Of a stretch of DNA of 64,000 nucleotides, positions 43,585-56,581 are shown one piece after another (the first letter of the stretch is position 1; every line of letters begins with the position of its first letter). Below the pieces are notes generated by a model. It saw only the letters and a program-made list of their open reading frames with translations. It was not told the origin of the DNA and did not search any database. The translations under genes were made by a program, and so were the position numbers. The stretch is from Eledone cirrhosa (taxonomy: Eukaryota): positions 1,798,001-1,862,000 of the forward strand of contig OZ024757.1 of NCBI GenBank assembly GCA_964016885.1, read 5' to 3'.

Positions 43585-45770
43585 TGCAGTGTCTTTCATT
43601 ACTAATATGGTAATGAAAGGGTTAAAGACATAGACAGTGTCTTTCATTAGAAATATGGTAATGAAAGGGTTAATGACATAGACAGTGTCTTTCATTAGAA
43701 ATATGGTAATGAAAGGGTTAAAGACATAGACAGTGTCTTTCATTAGAAATATGGTAATGAAAGGGTTAATGACATAGACAGTGTCTTTCATTAGAAATAT
43801 GGTAATGAAAGGGTTAAAGACATAGACAGTGTCTTTCATTAGAAATATGGTAATGAAAGGGTTAAAGACATAGACAGTGTCTTTCATTAGAAATATGGTA
43901 ATGAAAGGGTTAATGACATAGACAGTGTCTTTCATTAGAAATATGGTAATGAAAAGGTTAAAGACATAGACAGTGTCTTTCATTAGAAATATGGTAATGA
44001 AAGGGTTAATGACATAGACACTGTCTTTCATTAGAAATATGGTAATGAAAGGGTTAAAGACATAGACAGTGTCTTTCATTAGAAATATGGTAATGAAAGG
44101 GTTAAAGACATAGACAGTGTCTTTCATTAGAAATATGGTAATGAAAGGGTTAATGACATAGACACTGTCTTTCATTAGAAATATGGTAATGAAAGGGTTA
44201 ATGACATAGACAGTGTCCTTCATTAGAAATATGGTATTGAAAGGGTTAATGACATAGACAGTGTCCTTCATTAGAAATATGGTAATGAAAGGGTTAATGA
44301 CATAGACAGTGTCTTTCATTAGAAACTAGCATTAAAGCCTGGCGTTGCTCGGGATCATTAAGTTACCAAAATTAGGTTGCACCACCCATTTTATGGCAGC
44401 ACTTTTTTGTCTGCCAGGCACTGGGTGAATGAATTGCAGACCTGGACTGCCGAAGCAGGAGCTGCGCCAGCAGTGACAATTGTAGTTTCGCCTATGGATA
44501 TTATCTCTGTGCAAAAAAGTGTTGAAATTTATTGTTTCACAGTACTTGCGCAACACGCGCGTAGACGATGCCAGCTGAACAACAGAGCTGCGATGGAGTT
44601 GTTCTGCATGGTTGTCTGTGTGTTTTCTAAATTTAAGACAATAGGGAGGGTTGTGATATGAGGGAGAGTTAGCTGTTGTTTCTAGCAGGTTTAGTGACCT
44701 CATAGAGGATATGTGTTTTCTAAATTTAAGACAGTAGGGAGTGGTGTGATATGGGGGAGAGTTAGCTGTTGTTTCTAGCAGATTTAGTGACCTCATAGAA
44801 GATATGTTTTCTAAATTTAAGACAGTAGGGAGGGGTGTGATATGGAGGAGAGTTAGCTGCTGTTTCTAGCAGGTTTAGTAACCACATAGAGGATATGTGT
44901 TTTCTAAATTTAAGACAGTATTGAGTGGTGTGAACGGACAGTATCACCATCAAGCTTGGAAAGAGAAAGTAGCAGAAAGTATGAAGTTGTATAGATTGTG
45001 AATGGTAGTAGAAAGAGTTCAGCAGTTTAAATGAGAGAGAAAAATCGTAAAATATTGAGTTTTATCTATTTTTTGCGTAATTGTGGGTGAAATTGAAAAA
45101 ATTATCTGCATCAAGACGCAATCGAAGTTATTTTGAATACTGAATTGTAAATTTCAATTGAAGAAATTCTATATCGTAGATTTCTATAACGAAGGAGCAT
45201 GACCACACACTGAGCTTTATAGATTATGATATGGTAATGAAAGTGTTAATGACATAGACAGTGTCTTTCATTAGAAATATGGTAATAAAAGGGTTAATGA
45301 CATAGACAGTGTCTTTCATTAGAAATATAGTAATGAAAGGGTTAATGACATAGATAGTGTCTTTCATTAGTAATATGGTAATGAAAGGGTTAATGACATA
45401 GACAGTGTCTTTCATTAGAAATATGGTAATGAAAGGGTTAATGACATAGGCAGTGTCTTTCATTAGTAATATGGTAATGAAAGGGTTAATGACATAGACA
45501 GTGTCTTTCATTACTAATATGGTAATGAAAGGGTTAATGACATAGTTAGTGTCTTTCATTAGAAATATGGTAATGAAAGGGTTAATGACATAGGCAGTGT
45601 CTTTCATTAGTAATATGGTAATGAAAGGGTTAATGACATAGACAGTGTCTTTCATTAGTAATATGGTAATGAAAGGGTTAATGACATAAGTAGTGTCTTT
45701 CATTAGTAATATGGTAATGAAAGGGTTAATGATATAGTGTCTTATTAGAAATATAGTAATGAAAGTCATT
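43585..45770. repeat. 48-bp minisatellite interrupted by an insertion at 44326-45223
   Basis: Unit gacagtgtctttcattagaaatatggtaatgaaagggttaatgacata on both sides of the insertion. Confidence 0.95.
44326..45223 (+). mobile_element. Helentron-associated (HINE/DINE-1-like) element with internal ~93-bp tandem repeats
   Basis: 5' actagcattaaagcctggcgttgctcggg; 3' gagctttatagat; internal repeats at ~44620-44930; clean insertion into a minisatellite unit (ttagaa|...|tatg). Confidence 0.65.
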
Positions 45771-46317
45771 AAAAGTCATTAAAAGGTTAAAAGTTAACTT
45801 TAAAATAATTTTTTTTTTCTTTCTTAGATAATTAGTATATAGCAATTATATTTTTACAAAATAATGCAGGTTTCAAGAATATAAAATTATGGTTTCTTGA
45901 ATGCGGCCATATATTATTACAAGTAACTTAATGTGACCTTCTAACAAAACGGTTACCCAGCTCTGAACTAGACTCTACACTTTGATCGTGGCCAAAAGTC
46001 TGAGAGACAATAACAATGAATAGAGTGAAGAAAGAAATATATTCCTTTTATAGTTTAACTGTATGAAGAGAAATTGTTCTAGAATGTTGTGAGTGCTGAT
46101 AGAGAATATTGTGAGGAGGGAGCATGGTCAATATGTAAGGAGTAGGTATAAACTATATATAATGAACAGAATGTAAATCTTGGGTACACAAGAGGTGTAG
46201 TGGGATAACTGGCATATATATGTATGTGTGTATGTATATCTCTCTCTATATATATGCATATATACATACATGATGACTACCCCATCCTTATCAAGTATGG
46301 CCATTGCATGATATAAC

Positions 46318-46475
46318 AATAATTGTTTCTACTTCTGGCACAAGGCCAGCAATTACTCCAGTACGGATGAAAGGCAAAGTTAACCGTGGTGGGATTTGAA
46401 CTCAGACCATAAAGGGCCGTAACTCTTTGCTGCAAAGCATGGTGTCCGACCCTCTACCGATACTGCCAATCCATT
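46318..46475 (-). mobile_element. SINE family 1 (internal deletion)
   Basis: ggatgaaaggcaaagttaaccgtggtgggatttgaactcag...ccgaccctctaccgatactgccaatcc. Confidence 0.8.
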
Positions 46476-47026
46476 AATAATAATCATTCATTAATGCTAC
46501 TGTGCATAAAGATTTTTTTAAAGTGAGGAAAGACTGTGCACTGAGCCAATCCCACTCTCTGAGCGACAGTAGCTATAACCTGAAAAGAAGAAAAGATCAA
46601 CATCATCGGTAACTACTGAGCCACGGGTTTTATGTCGGAGTTAACCCAGTTTCCTGAGTTGCCTTCTCCCAGAAGAATGCCCTGACAAAGGCTAGGGGTT
46701 TAACTGCGCGATCGGGTATCCAGCCAGATTATTTCTATGTCCCTGTGCATATACATACACATACATACATGCATATATATATATATATATATATATAAAT
46801 TTACACATTTTTGGATGGCTCCTTTTGACTCATGAGTTCTTCCGCCCTTTGTCACGTTTTGCTTTTTGTCGGGTGACTCGAGTGCTACTGGTAAACATGT
46901 AACCCAGTACAACCTGTCGCATGGACGGTTCGTCGGTGACTAAACCGGCAACCCCACCAAGTTTACTTGGTGAGGAGGGGAGTTTTGAACACCCTGCATA
47001 TACATACATACATATATATATATATA

Positions 47027-48256
47027 ATCAAAAGGCCTTAAAGTTAACTTGTCTAAGACTAAAGTTCTAGTATGTAGAAAGGAAAATAGGGCACAGGTTC
47101 CTTCTGGGAAATGGCCATGCTCAGTGTGTAGGAAAGGAGTAGGCAGAAATTCCATTTTATGTCCCAAATGCAAACTATGGGTACATAAATGATGTAGTGG
47201 GATCACAGGCAAGCTATCAAAGAACGTAGATTTTATATGTAGCCAATGCTCAGGTGCAATAAGTAGCAAGTGTCCACAGGATACTAGCTCCTTCTATTGC
47301 CCAGACGGTTCTATAGAAATAGTGGACACCTTCCTTTACTTGGGTGACAAAATCAGCAGTGGTGGAGGGTGTTCTGAAAGTACAGTAGCTAGAGTCAGAA
47401 CTGGATGGAAAAAGTTCAGAGAGCTTATACCACTATTGGCCGCTAAAGGGTTCTCTCTCTAAAAATGAATGGCAGGCTGTATGATGCCTGCATACGAACA
47501 GCAGTGTTACATGGCAGTGAGACTTGGGCATTGTGTGCAGAGGACCTGCGCAGACTGGAAAGGAATGAAGCATCCATGCTCCATTGGATGTGTAATAGTA
47601 ATATACGTGAACGGCAAAGCATAAATGGACTAAGTGAGAAATTAGGAATAAGAGGGATCAGATGCAGTTTACTCAATAGAAGACTACGCTGGTATGGTCA
47701 CGTGATGCGCATGAAAGACGACAGCTGTATAAAAAAGTGCAGGGCGATCAAAATTGATGGAAGCTACAGAGTAGGTAGACCCAGTAAAACCTGGGATAAG
47801 GTGAAAAAAAGCTGACCTTGCACACTTACACCTTGCTAAAACAATGTCACGGGATTGAGATCATTAATGCTATGCAGTAATACAGAAGACTTGCCTTCCT
47901 TTGTGCACAGACTTAAACCTACACTCAGTAGGCACCTCTTAATCCAATATACACTCCCACACCCCTATACCTCCCTCCCACTTCCACCCGCACCACCCTT
48001 AGACTGTAAAGTTATGTTGGTACCAGAAAAACATCCAGCACACACTGTAAAGTTGTCGTGTAGGAGACATGGCAAAAAGCACCCAGTACACACTGTAAAT
48101 GTGATTGGTGTTAGGAAGGGGATCCAGGCATAGGAAACCAGCCAGAAACAGTACTAAATGAGCGAGACACAGTCACCTGGCCCATTTTGCCTCAAATGGG
48201 ACAAACCTGTCTAACCCATGCTAGCGTGGGAGATAGACATTAAATGATGATGATGA
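47027..48256 (+). mobile_element. 5'-truncated RTE family B copy
   Basis: KGLKVNLSKTKVL..GKWPCSVCRKGVGRNSILCPKC..LRWYGHVMRM, 3' UTR and (tga)n tail. Confidence 0.9.
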
Positions 48257-48932
48257 TATATACACATACATATACATTTATGCATAATAAATGCACCAAT
48301 AAACTATATATATATATACACACACACATGTGTATATATATATGTTGGTGATCTACACAATAAAAGCACCCAGTACATGCTGTAATGTGGTTGGTGATAG
48401 GAAGGGCATCCAGCCAAAGAAGGAGTTAGGAGGACCCTTCAGTTCGTGTCAAAAGACACAACTTCTCCTCTGCTCTTGATATGACAGTACTTAAGCAGAA
48501 TATTAGACACCTCGACCTGTCTGGGAGGTCAGTAGCTGCGTTTCAGTACTGAATTGGTCTATGTTGGAGCCGTCCAACCCTTGCTCGCAGGGAAAGCGGA
48601 TGTTAAATGATGATGATGACATATATATACATACACACACATAATAATAATATATATATACACAGTTCAAGAGTAACCAATCTTAAAGAGAGAGATGGAG
48701 ATAGGAGAGGAGAGATTGGTGAATAAGTTAGAAGCCAAAGCGTAAAGGCATGTGTTCAATGTGCAATATGCAGTAGAAAGCAGCTAGGTGGCTGGGTTCA
48801 TGCAGAAGTTACGCGCGCAGAGCTGGAAGTATTCATTAGTTAAGCAAAACAAGACCACAAATTTCACAAGGAAAACATTATTAAAAGATTGTCAACATAG
48901 TTTGATGTGAGGAATGTAGAGAATAATAATAA

Positions 48933-49112
48933 TAATTGTTTCTACTTTAGGCACAAGGCCAGCAAATACCCAGTGCATTACTGGTACTTTATTTTATCGA
49001 CCCCGTAAGGATGAAAGGCAAAGTCAACCTCGGCGGGATTTGAACTCAGATCATAAAGGGACGTAACTATGCTGGAAAGCATGGCGTCCGATACTGCCAA
49101 TCCACTGCCCTT
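48933..49112 (-). mobile_element. SINE family 1
   Basis: Near-identical to 552-742. Confidence 0.85.
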
Positions 49113-49139
49113 TAATATTAATAATATTAATAATATTAA

Positions 49140-51940
49140 TAATAATGTCCGTTTACAATTGTTTCGCTACTCCATATAATATTTCTTGATCAGATGACTA
49201 TATATCATTATTGATCTGGTTCAGTTGAAAATAATTAACATATTTAAAAACAGAGCGGCTCATCGGAACTTCAAAGGAATATAAATTAAAATAAGGAGAG
49301 ATTGTTACATAATGTAATGTTCCATATATTGGTATTTCACTATGGTGTCCTGGTTGTATCAGTTGTCAGCCATAATCAAGCAGTATTCATCTATCGAGGC
49401 TGCATTGTGTGAGATCTGCCTATGGGTAACAAGATGGCCGCCAAAGGACATATTTACCTTAGTAATTAGAGGGCGGTTTCAGGGGAAGTAACTCCTCAAG
49501 AGATTAGAAATTGTGGGTAGTTTATAGTTAAATGCTAATTTTAAAATGTTTTAATTGCGAGACAATGTAGAGGAGGTGACTTATAATTATGTAAGTTAGT
49601 TATAGCTATTTAACTTATTAGCTACAAGTAAAAATGGGGCTAGATGACTATGTTGGGTCAAATATTCTATTGCCGAAGGAATTAGCCCTTTGATGTTGAC
49701 AGCTAATAGTTACCTCCGTTCTATCATTAATCGGTAGAGGTCGTGATAGAGTTATGTAATATGCTTCGGTAATACAGAGATCACAAGATTTTCTTCGTCC
49801 ATTGAACAGTTGGGCCCTAGCTACGATATCCCATTTTAGTGAGTGTTCAATGCTGCTTAATTTAAGGTTTTTAATGAGCCTAGCTAGAGATGTCGAACAT
49901 CTGTTGCTAGGGTCTCGGAAGGAAAAGGGTTAGAGGTAGACCCGATATAAGAGCTGGTATTCAAAGCAGTTTTAACCGTGCACCTATAGACTATGTTGGG
50001 TGTCAGGCAGTGTCCATTTAATGGGCATGCATTAGGGTAATGGTAGTTGCAGTTGCTTCTGCGGTTAGTGAGAGTAGGGTAGTTTAACCTAAGCGGTTGG
50101 TCAGTGCTAGAAGGATTAGATGGGGGAGGTGTGCTACTAGAGTAATTATTGGTGTAGTGGCGTGGTGTATTTGATAGGGGTGGTGGTACTGCGGTGTGAG
50201 AGTTATACTGTCTTAGCTTATGATGGTTACTGAACACGATGTGGCTAGCTAGGTTAGGTGTTGTGGAGAATGAGATTTTAATGTTATTTTTATTAAAGAG
50301 TTTGTAATATCTATGGTTGGGGGGGAAATGTTTGGATAGGATAGAGAAGAAGAGTTTAGGGATATTAGTGGCTAGATTAGATGAGAATGGTGGGTTAAGC
50401 CAGGTGATATTTCTAGGTCTATTCCTTCTAGGGGTTCTAGTGGAGTTGGTAGGGGCCTTCCTAGGGTTATTATTACTTGGGGATTTGTTATTTGTCATCC
50501 CATTTCTCATTCCTATTCTAGGGTTGATTTTTAGTTTGCTACTTGGGGAGCAGGCCGCTGCCACCATTAAACTTCCCTGTATAGGTGCTGTTACTGCTAA
50601 AATTCCAGTGAATCTGGCTATATGCTACGGTATTTCTAGTTCTAGTGTTAAGTTTATTATGGTTGTAGTGAAGTGCTGTGTTATGGCATTTAGGTATGTA
50701 GTAAATGGACTGTTCATAACCAGATTCAGAGAGAGCCTTATTATAATATTGTGCATGGTTTATAAATATCTCCTCATCTGCTGATAGCATGGAGATCCTA
50801 TATGAGATAGATTTGATTACTGCTCTGATGACTGCCGGTGGGTGGTTAGAGTGTGGGCTAATATATGTGAGTATTTCACCTGGTTTATGGTAAGGGTAAT
50901 ATAGGTTATTGTTGAGATCAAGGGTAACGTCTAGGAAGTTTATTACTTTATGGTTCAGCTCGATGGTGGTAGAGAGACCATTATTTTTAAAGAATCTATG
51001 TAATTGTTTTTTTAGCAAATCAATGCCCCGATTAGTGCAATTGTGGACTGCAAATAGGGCTGACGCCCTATATATTCCACCTTGCAAGGGTTGGATTTCG
51101 GCTCTGATGTTACGCAATAGGTAAATCCCAACTAAATCGGTGATTTGCGCGGAGTCACTTGAGCCCATCGTAATGTCAAAGTTGTCTGTTCTATCTTTTC
51201 TAGTCCAGAGTGCTCCGTTGAATTCAATGATAGTCTGCCTAGCCATAAGTATGATGTTAATCTCATTATTGGTTATGTCCGAGTTGGTGCTGGCTAGGGT
51301 TAATGCTTTGTTGAGCAGTTCCGGGGTTATTGAAGCATAATAGCTGTCGATGTCAAATTGGATAAACCTCATAGATTGCTTGGACCTTAGATCGGAGAAC
51401 CATCTGATGACTTGGTCGGTGTTGGACCACAACTTGTAGGTAGGTGATATCATCCCGTAGCCCAGGGATTATCCTATCAAGGATGTTCTTATTGACATGA
51501 CCCAGGTCAGATGTGGTTGGGCTTATGAGTCTAATGGATGGGTTCTCTATAAAGTTTGGCTTATGATCCTTGAGAGAGAACCTTGGGGTTGTTGGTACAT
51601 AAGGGTGGGTAAATCTATCCAGATGCAAGTCCTTAACCAAAGCCTGGGCTTTTCGGTTAAGTACGTTTACACTGGAGGGTATAGTTTTTTTAATAGTTTT
51701 TAAGTTCCTTAAGAAGGAAAGAGTTGTAAGTTTCAGGAGTCATGGTGTATCGATTTTTAGTTTTGTCAGACATAACATGTAAGAGGTGGCTATCTTTAAA
51801 TTTTTTTATAGTTGTTGCTAATTTAGTGAGGAAATTATTCTTGTGTCTATAATGCTTTTTGAATTTAATGCTCCTGGCGAAGTTGAATAGATCTTTCTCA
51901 AAAGGGTCCAGCAGGATGTTGTGTGGAGGGTTCTTGCAGG
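49140..51940 (-). mobile_element. Penelope-like element (RT plus GIY-YIG endonuclease), decayed
   Basis: LKDHKPNF..IRLISP, FDIDSYY, MGSSDS, IYRASAL (YRDD destroyed), INFLDVTLDL, YHKP, SNHPP, ITWLNPPFS, CPLNGHCL, NIVYRCTV..SYIGST (GIY-YIG). Frameshifted. Confidence 0.9.
49151..49269 (-). ncRNA. Hammerhead motif in the Penelope 3' pseudo-LTR region (CCGAUGA variant, long stem II)
   Basis: GTT CCGATGA [gccgctct ... ggagtagc] GAAAC AATT GTA AAC; palindromic stem III ACAAUUGU. Confidence 0.65.
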
Positions 51941-51979
51941 TATATATATATATGTATATACATAGATATAATTGTATAG

Positions 51980-52620
51980 GGAAAGCCATGCGTGCATTTG
52001 GCACGTCATCACCTTTGGAATGAAAAGGGCATAAAACTGGACACCAAGATACAGGTTTATAAAGCTATTGTACTGACTACATTCTTATATGGAACAGAAT
52101 CTTGGACTCCATAAAGTTCACATGTCAACCAACTGGATGTCTTTCATAAAGGCTGTCTTCACACAATCTGTGGGTACAGGCTGAAAGACAAAATACCTAA
52201 CGCTGCCCTCTTCACTAAGTGCAAGATTGAGGGCATTGAAACCTTTATGAAATCACAACTACACTGGGCTGGTCATGTCATCAGAATGAGTGACAAAAGA
52301 ATACCAAAGGTCTTCACGTACAGCCAGCTTGATGGTAGATATAGAAATGTTGGATGGACATGGCTCAGATACAAAGACAAGCTGAGCATTCATCTTTCAG
52401 CAACTATTACATTTGAGCAAGTGGACTTGCGTTATAATGGGATCAGGAACTTTGTGTCCAGTTGTATCCTTAGGTTATAAGAAGTATGAGGAAGGGGAAA
52501 AGCATTATCAAACATACCAGCAAAAGTATCCAGTAAACCTCACATCTGTGGACTGGCTTACAAATCTTTGGAAGGTCTCAAATGTCACACCTGATATAAA
52601 CATCCAAACTGAATAGGTTG
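51980..52620 (+). mobile_element. RTE/BovB-like 3' fragment
   Basis: TKIQVYKAIVLTTFLYGTESWT..MKSQLHWAGHVIRMSDKRIPK. Confidence 0.85.
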
Positions 52621-52671
52621 TGTGGATCCTCATACATCGGAATCAATGGGTGAGTCCATCATTTGTGTGTA

Positions 52672-53005
52672 TAAAAAGGTAAAGGCTCCCTTTAGTCACG
52701 AATTGCCATGGGATTTGCACCTAGAATGTTCTCTGAGGCGCAAGTCCGGGCAAGGTTGTTTCTGGAAGACCAGAAGTCACCCATACATACCAGCCTCCCC
52801 TCTCCACGTCACTGGTGATGTCCAAGGGAAAGGTTATGGCCAATACAGCTTGGCACCAGTGACATTGTAACACATTTCTACAGCTGAGTAAACTGGAGCA
52901 ACGTGAAATAAAGTGTCTTGCTCAAGGGCACAATGCGTTACAGAATCGAACTCACAACCTCATGATTGCAAACCCAATGCTCTAACCACTAAACCATACA
53001 CATGC
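52672..53005 (-). mobile_element. SINE family 2 with a different 3' tail
   Basis: Reverse strand tggtttagtggttagagc..gagttcgattc..ttgagcaagacactttatttcac..ctcagctgtagaaatg; tail ends cctttacctttt. Confidence 0.75.
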
Positions 53006-53046
53006 ATGTATGTATTTGTGTGTGTGTGTGTATATATATATATATA

Positions 53047-53465
53047 CCCCTACTCCACCCTTCCACTCCACCCAACACCACCCCTTTCCCTATAAAGTTA
53101 TGTTGGTACCAACAACATCCAGTCCAAACTAATGAGGTCGTGTAGGTGTCACAACAAAAGAAAAAGTGAAAGAAAAAAGAAAAGAAAGAGAAAGGGAAGC
53201 AAAAAAAAAAGGAAAGAGAAGGGAAAAAAACAAAAAAACACACAGTCCACGCTGTAATGTGGCCGTGTAGGTAACACAGTAAAAAGGCTCCCAGTCCACA
53301 CTGTAAATGTGGTTGGTGTTAGGAAGGGTATCCAGCTGTAGAAAACCTGCCAGATAGTCCTATATGAGCGAGACACAGTCACCCAACCAATCTTGCCTCA
53401 AATAGAACAATTCCCATCTAACCCATGCTAGGGTGGAAGATAGACGTTAAACGTTGATGATGATG
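53047..53465 (+). mobile_element. 3' UTR/tail of RTE family B
   Basis: aaagttatgttggtacca..cacagtccacgctgtaatgtggccgtgtagg..gttaggaagggtatccagctgtagaaaacc. Confidence 0.8.
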
Positions 53466-53489
53466 TATATATATATATACATCATCATC

Positions 53490-53727
53490 GTTTCTTGCCT
53501 GTGATCCCACTACATCTTTTATGTACCCATAGTTTGCCTTTGGGACATAAAATGGAATTTCTGCCTACTCCTTTCCTACACACTGAGCATGGCCATTTCC
53601 CAGAGGGCATCTGTGTCCTATTTTGCTTTCTACATACTAGAACTTTAGTCTTAGACAAGTTAACTTTAAGGCCTTTTGATTCTAGGCCATGCTTCCATGT
53701 TTGGAATTTCTTCTCGAGTTCAGACAT
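53490..53727 (-). mobile_element. Internal fragment of RTE family B
   Basis: ELEKKFQTWKHGLESKGLKVNLSKTKVL..GKWPCSVC. Confidence 0.85.
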
Positions 53728-54034
53728 AACAAATAGTTTTATCGCTCTACATGAATTGGAAGCAGCAACAATTTATTCATTTGAACACCAACAAAAAATT
53801 ACACAATGAATATTGTTTACCCTAAGGTGCTTCAAGATTGACAGATTTTCATTTCTAAATTCTATTATCATTACAATTTAGATATTTCTTATGAAATATA
53901 GATATTTTAAAATAATTCCAAGAAAAAAAATATATCTTCATATTTATTGTTTACTAATCTGAATAAGAACAGCAGTTACCTGGGCAACGCCAGGTTATTC
54001 AGTTAGTATATCATCATCATCATCTATATATATA

Positions 54035-55652
54035 TGGACCGTCAGGGATAGTTGCTGAGGTGCTGAAGGCATCAGGGGACGTAGGCACTAAACTGGTTGC
54101 ACGCATCATCAATCAGGCCATATATGGCGGTGTCATACCCAAAGACTGGTGCAGCAGTATTCTCATAAATTGCTACAAAGGTAAAGGGGATGCTCTGGAG
54201 AGGAGCAATTATTGGGGTATAAAACTGATGGATCAGGTTATGAAAGTGGCAGAAAGGATATTAGCACAACTAATTAGAGAAAGGGTCAAATTAGATGAGA
54301 TGCAGTTTGGTTTTGTGCCTGGGAAAAGTACAACAGATGCCCTCTTCTTGGTGAGACAAGAGAGGTTCTTAGAGAAGAATAAGCCACTATTCTTCGCTTT
54401 TGTTGATCTAGAGAAGGCCTTTGATAGGGTACCCCGATCTGTCATCTGGTGGTTCCTAAGGAAACTAGGTGTTGAAGAATGGCTTGTGAGGTCAGTGCAA
54501 ACTTTGTACAGAGGTACTCTCAGTAAAGTCAGGGTAGGAATGGAGTTTAGTGAGGAATTCCAGATACAAGTAGGAGTACATCAGGGTTCGGTCCTCAGCC
54601 CGCTCTTGTTCATTATAGTTCTCCAAGCCATAACAGAGAACTTTAAGACTAGCTGTCCATGGGAACTTCTCTATGCTGACGATCTGGTTCTTATAGCAGA
54701 ATCAGTAGAGGAGCTAGAGAATAAATTCTGGCTATGGAAACAGCAGTTGGAAGCAAGAGGACTGAGAGTGAACCTAGCTGAGACAAAAGTGTTGATGAGT
54801 AGAAAACAAAACTCTGATTCCATCAGGGAAATGGCCATTTTCGATATGCAGAAAAGGAACTGGCATAAATTCTATAAAATGCACACAATGCAGATCTTGG
54901 GTACACAAGAGATGTAGTGGGATAGCAGGCAAACTAACAGGTAGGGAGAAATACATATGCAGTAGATGTACAGGGAAATTAGACAGTAGAAATCGCATTG
55001 ATAGACACATTTTTCAAATGCAGATGGGTGCTATAGAAGTGGTTGATAGCTTCCGGTACCTAGGAGATCAGATTAGCATAGCAGGGGGGGGGGGGGGGTT
55101 CCGAGGCCATAGTATCTAGAATAAGGATAGGATAGAAGAAGTTTAGGGAGCTGCTTCCTCTGTTGACAAAGAAGGGTTTCTCCCTGCGTACGAAAGGCCG
55201 GTTATATGATGCCTGTGTGAGGAGCGCGATGCTGCATGGTAGTGAGACATGGTCAGCAACTGCAGAGGATATGTGACGGCTGGAGAGAAATGATGCAAGC
55301 ATGCTCCGTTGGATGTGCATGAATGACCGAGCATGGATGTGTTGAGAGAGAAACTGTGTCTGAGAGGGATAGAATGTAGTGTGCGAGAGAGGAGACTGAG
55401 GTGGTATGGACGTGATGCGCAGGGAGGATGACCGATGGGTGAAGAAGTGCCAGGAAATGCCAGTTGAAGGAAGACGTGGTAGAGGTAGACCACGAAAAAC
55501 ATGGGCGGAGGTGGTGAGAGCAGACCTCAGATCGCTGAAGCTCACAGTGGAGATGACAAAGGACCGTGACAAGTAGAGAGATGCTGTGCTGAATAGGACC
55601 CATCCCACTCTTGCAAGCAGGGAAAAGCTGACATAAAATGATGATGATGATA
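54035..55652 (+). mobile_element. 5'-truncated RTE family A copy
   Basis: Highly similar to 27.8-29.4 kb in inverted orientation: RT motifs FVDLEKAFD, QGSVLSP, LLYADD; 3' tail (tga)n. Confidence 0.93.
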
Positions 55653-55707
55653 TATATATATATATATATGAATTATAATAATCAAAGAACTGTTCAAAAC
55701 ATTTTTA

Positions 55708-55754
55708 TGCTTACAACTGTTTCCTCCAAACCGAGGTTTGGATTCTTCGGAGCA
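55708..55754 (-). ncRNA. Type I hammerhead motif (CCGAAGA variant)
   Basis: TGCT CCGAAGA a TCCAAACC tc GGTTTGGA g GAAAC AGTT GTA AGCA. Confidence 0.65.
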
Positions 55755-56581
55755 ATTTATTATTGAATGAACACTTATATGACCTCCTTTTCACCCAAGA
55801 GACATACAGATACATATGCAAATATTGTGGGTCAACATTCATTATAGCATTTAGAGTGGCAGTACACACTTAGAGATTACATTCATATACACACTTAGAG
55901 ATTACAATAAAAAATACAGGTTAAAATACAACATGAAATTAAGCGGTTATATAGTGCAAAGGTTATATGCGTGGCAAGCACGTGCGTCTTGTTTATATAG
56001 TGTGGCAGAGAGTTACGTGTAGTAGAAGCACTTATGCAGGTAATCGAGAGTGTTAAGGTTGTTGATCTGGTGATGAATTCTTTATATGATTGTTATAGTC
56101 TGTGTGTGGAGAAATAATATAAGTATTAAAAATATTGGAAATGCGTAGCGAAGCGATGATATGGATTTCATGCACTGCGACATTTTCATAGTCTGGGGAG
56201 CGTATTTTTCAGATTATATGCCCCTCACATAATCCACGACGATTCGATATTGGGCGTTTGGCAATCCAGTTAGAGAATCGTACGCAAATTGATGTCTATT
56301 GAAACGTACGTTAGAACCGAATAAATCTCTTTTACTGCATCTTTCTGTTCTTTTTGATTCTTTATATATATATATATATATATACTTTTCATTTATATAT
56401 ATATATATATATATATAAATGAAAAGTATAGAAATTGTTGTAGCGAGAAGCTAACAGTATTCCATAATATATATAACAGTATTCCTATATATATATAGGT
56501 AAGTTATTCCAGGTTGAATCGGAGGTAACCACAGTAAGTAAGGTACTCAATACATAGCAAAGTATAAAAGTTTTAATATAG

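Noticed and set aside
43570-45769. 249-aa and 181-aa ORFs of MKDTVYVINPFITIFL repeats
   Set aside because: The 48-bp minisatellite unit is a multiple of 3 and lacks stops by chance; the array is interrupted by a TE.
56381-56430. Small palindrome tatacttttcattta(ta)n taaatgaaaagtata
   Set aside because: Very short arms around an intrinsically palindromic (TA)n tract; likely a terminal by-product of the neighbouring fold-back element rather than an independent feature.
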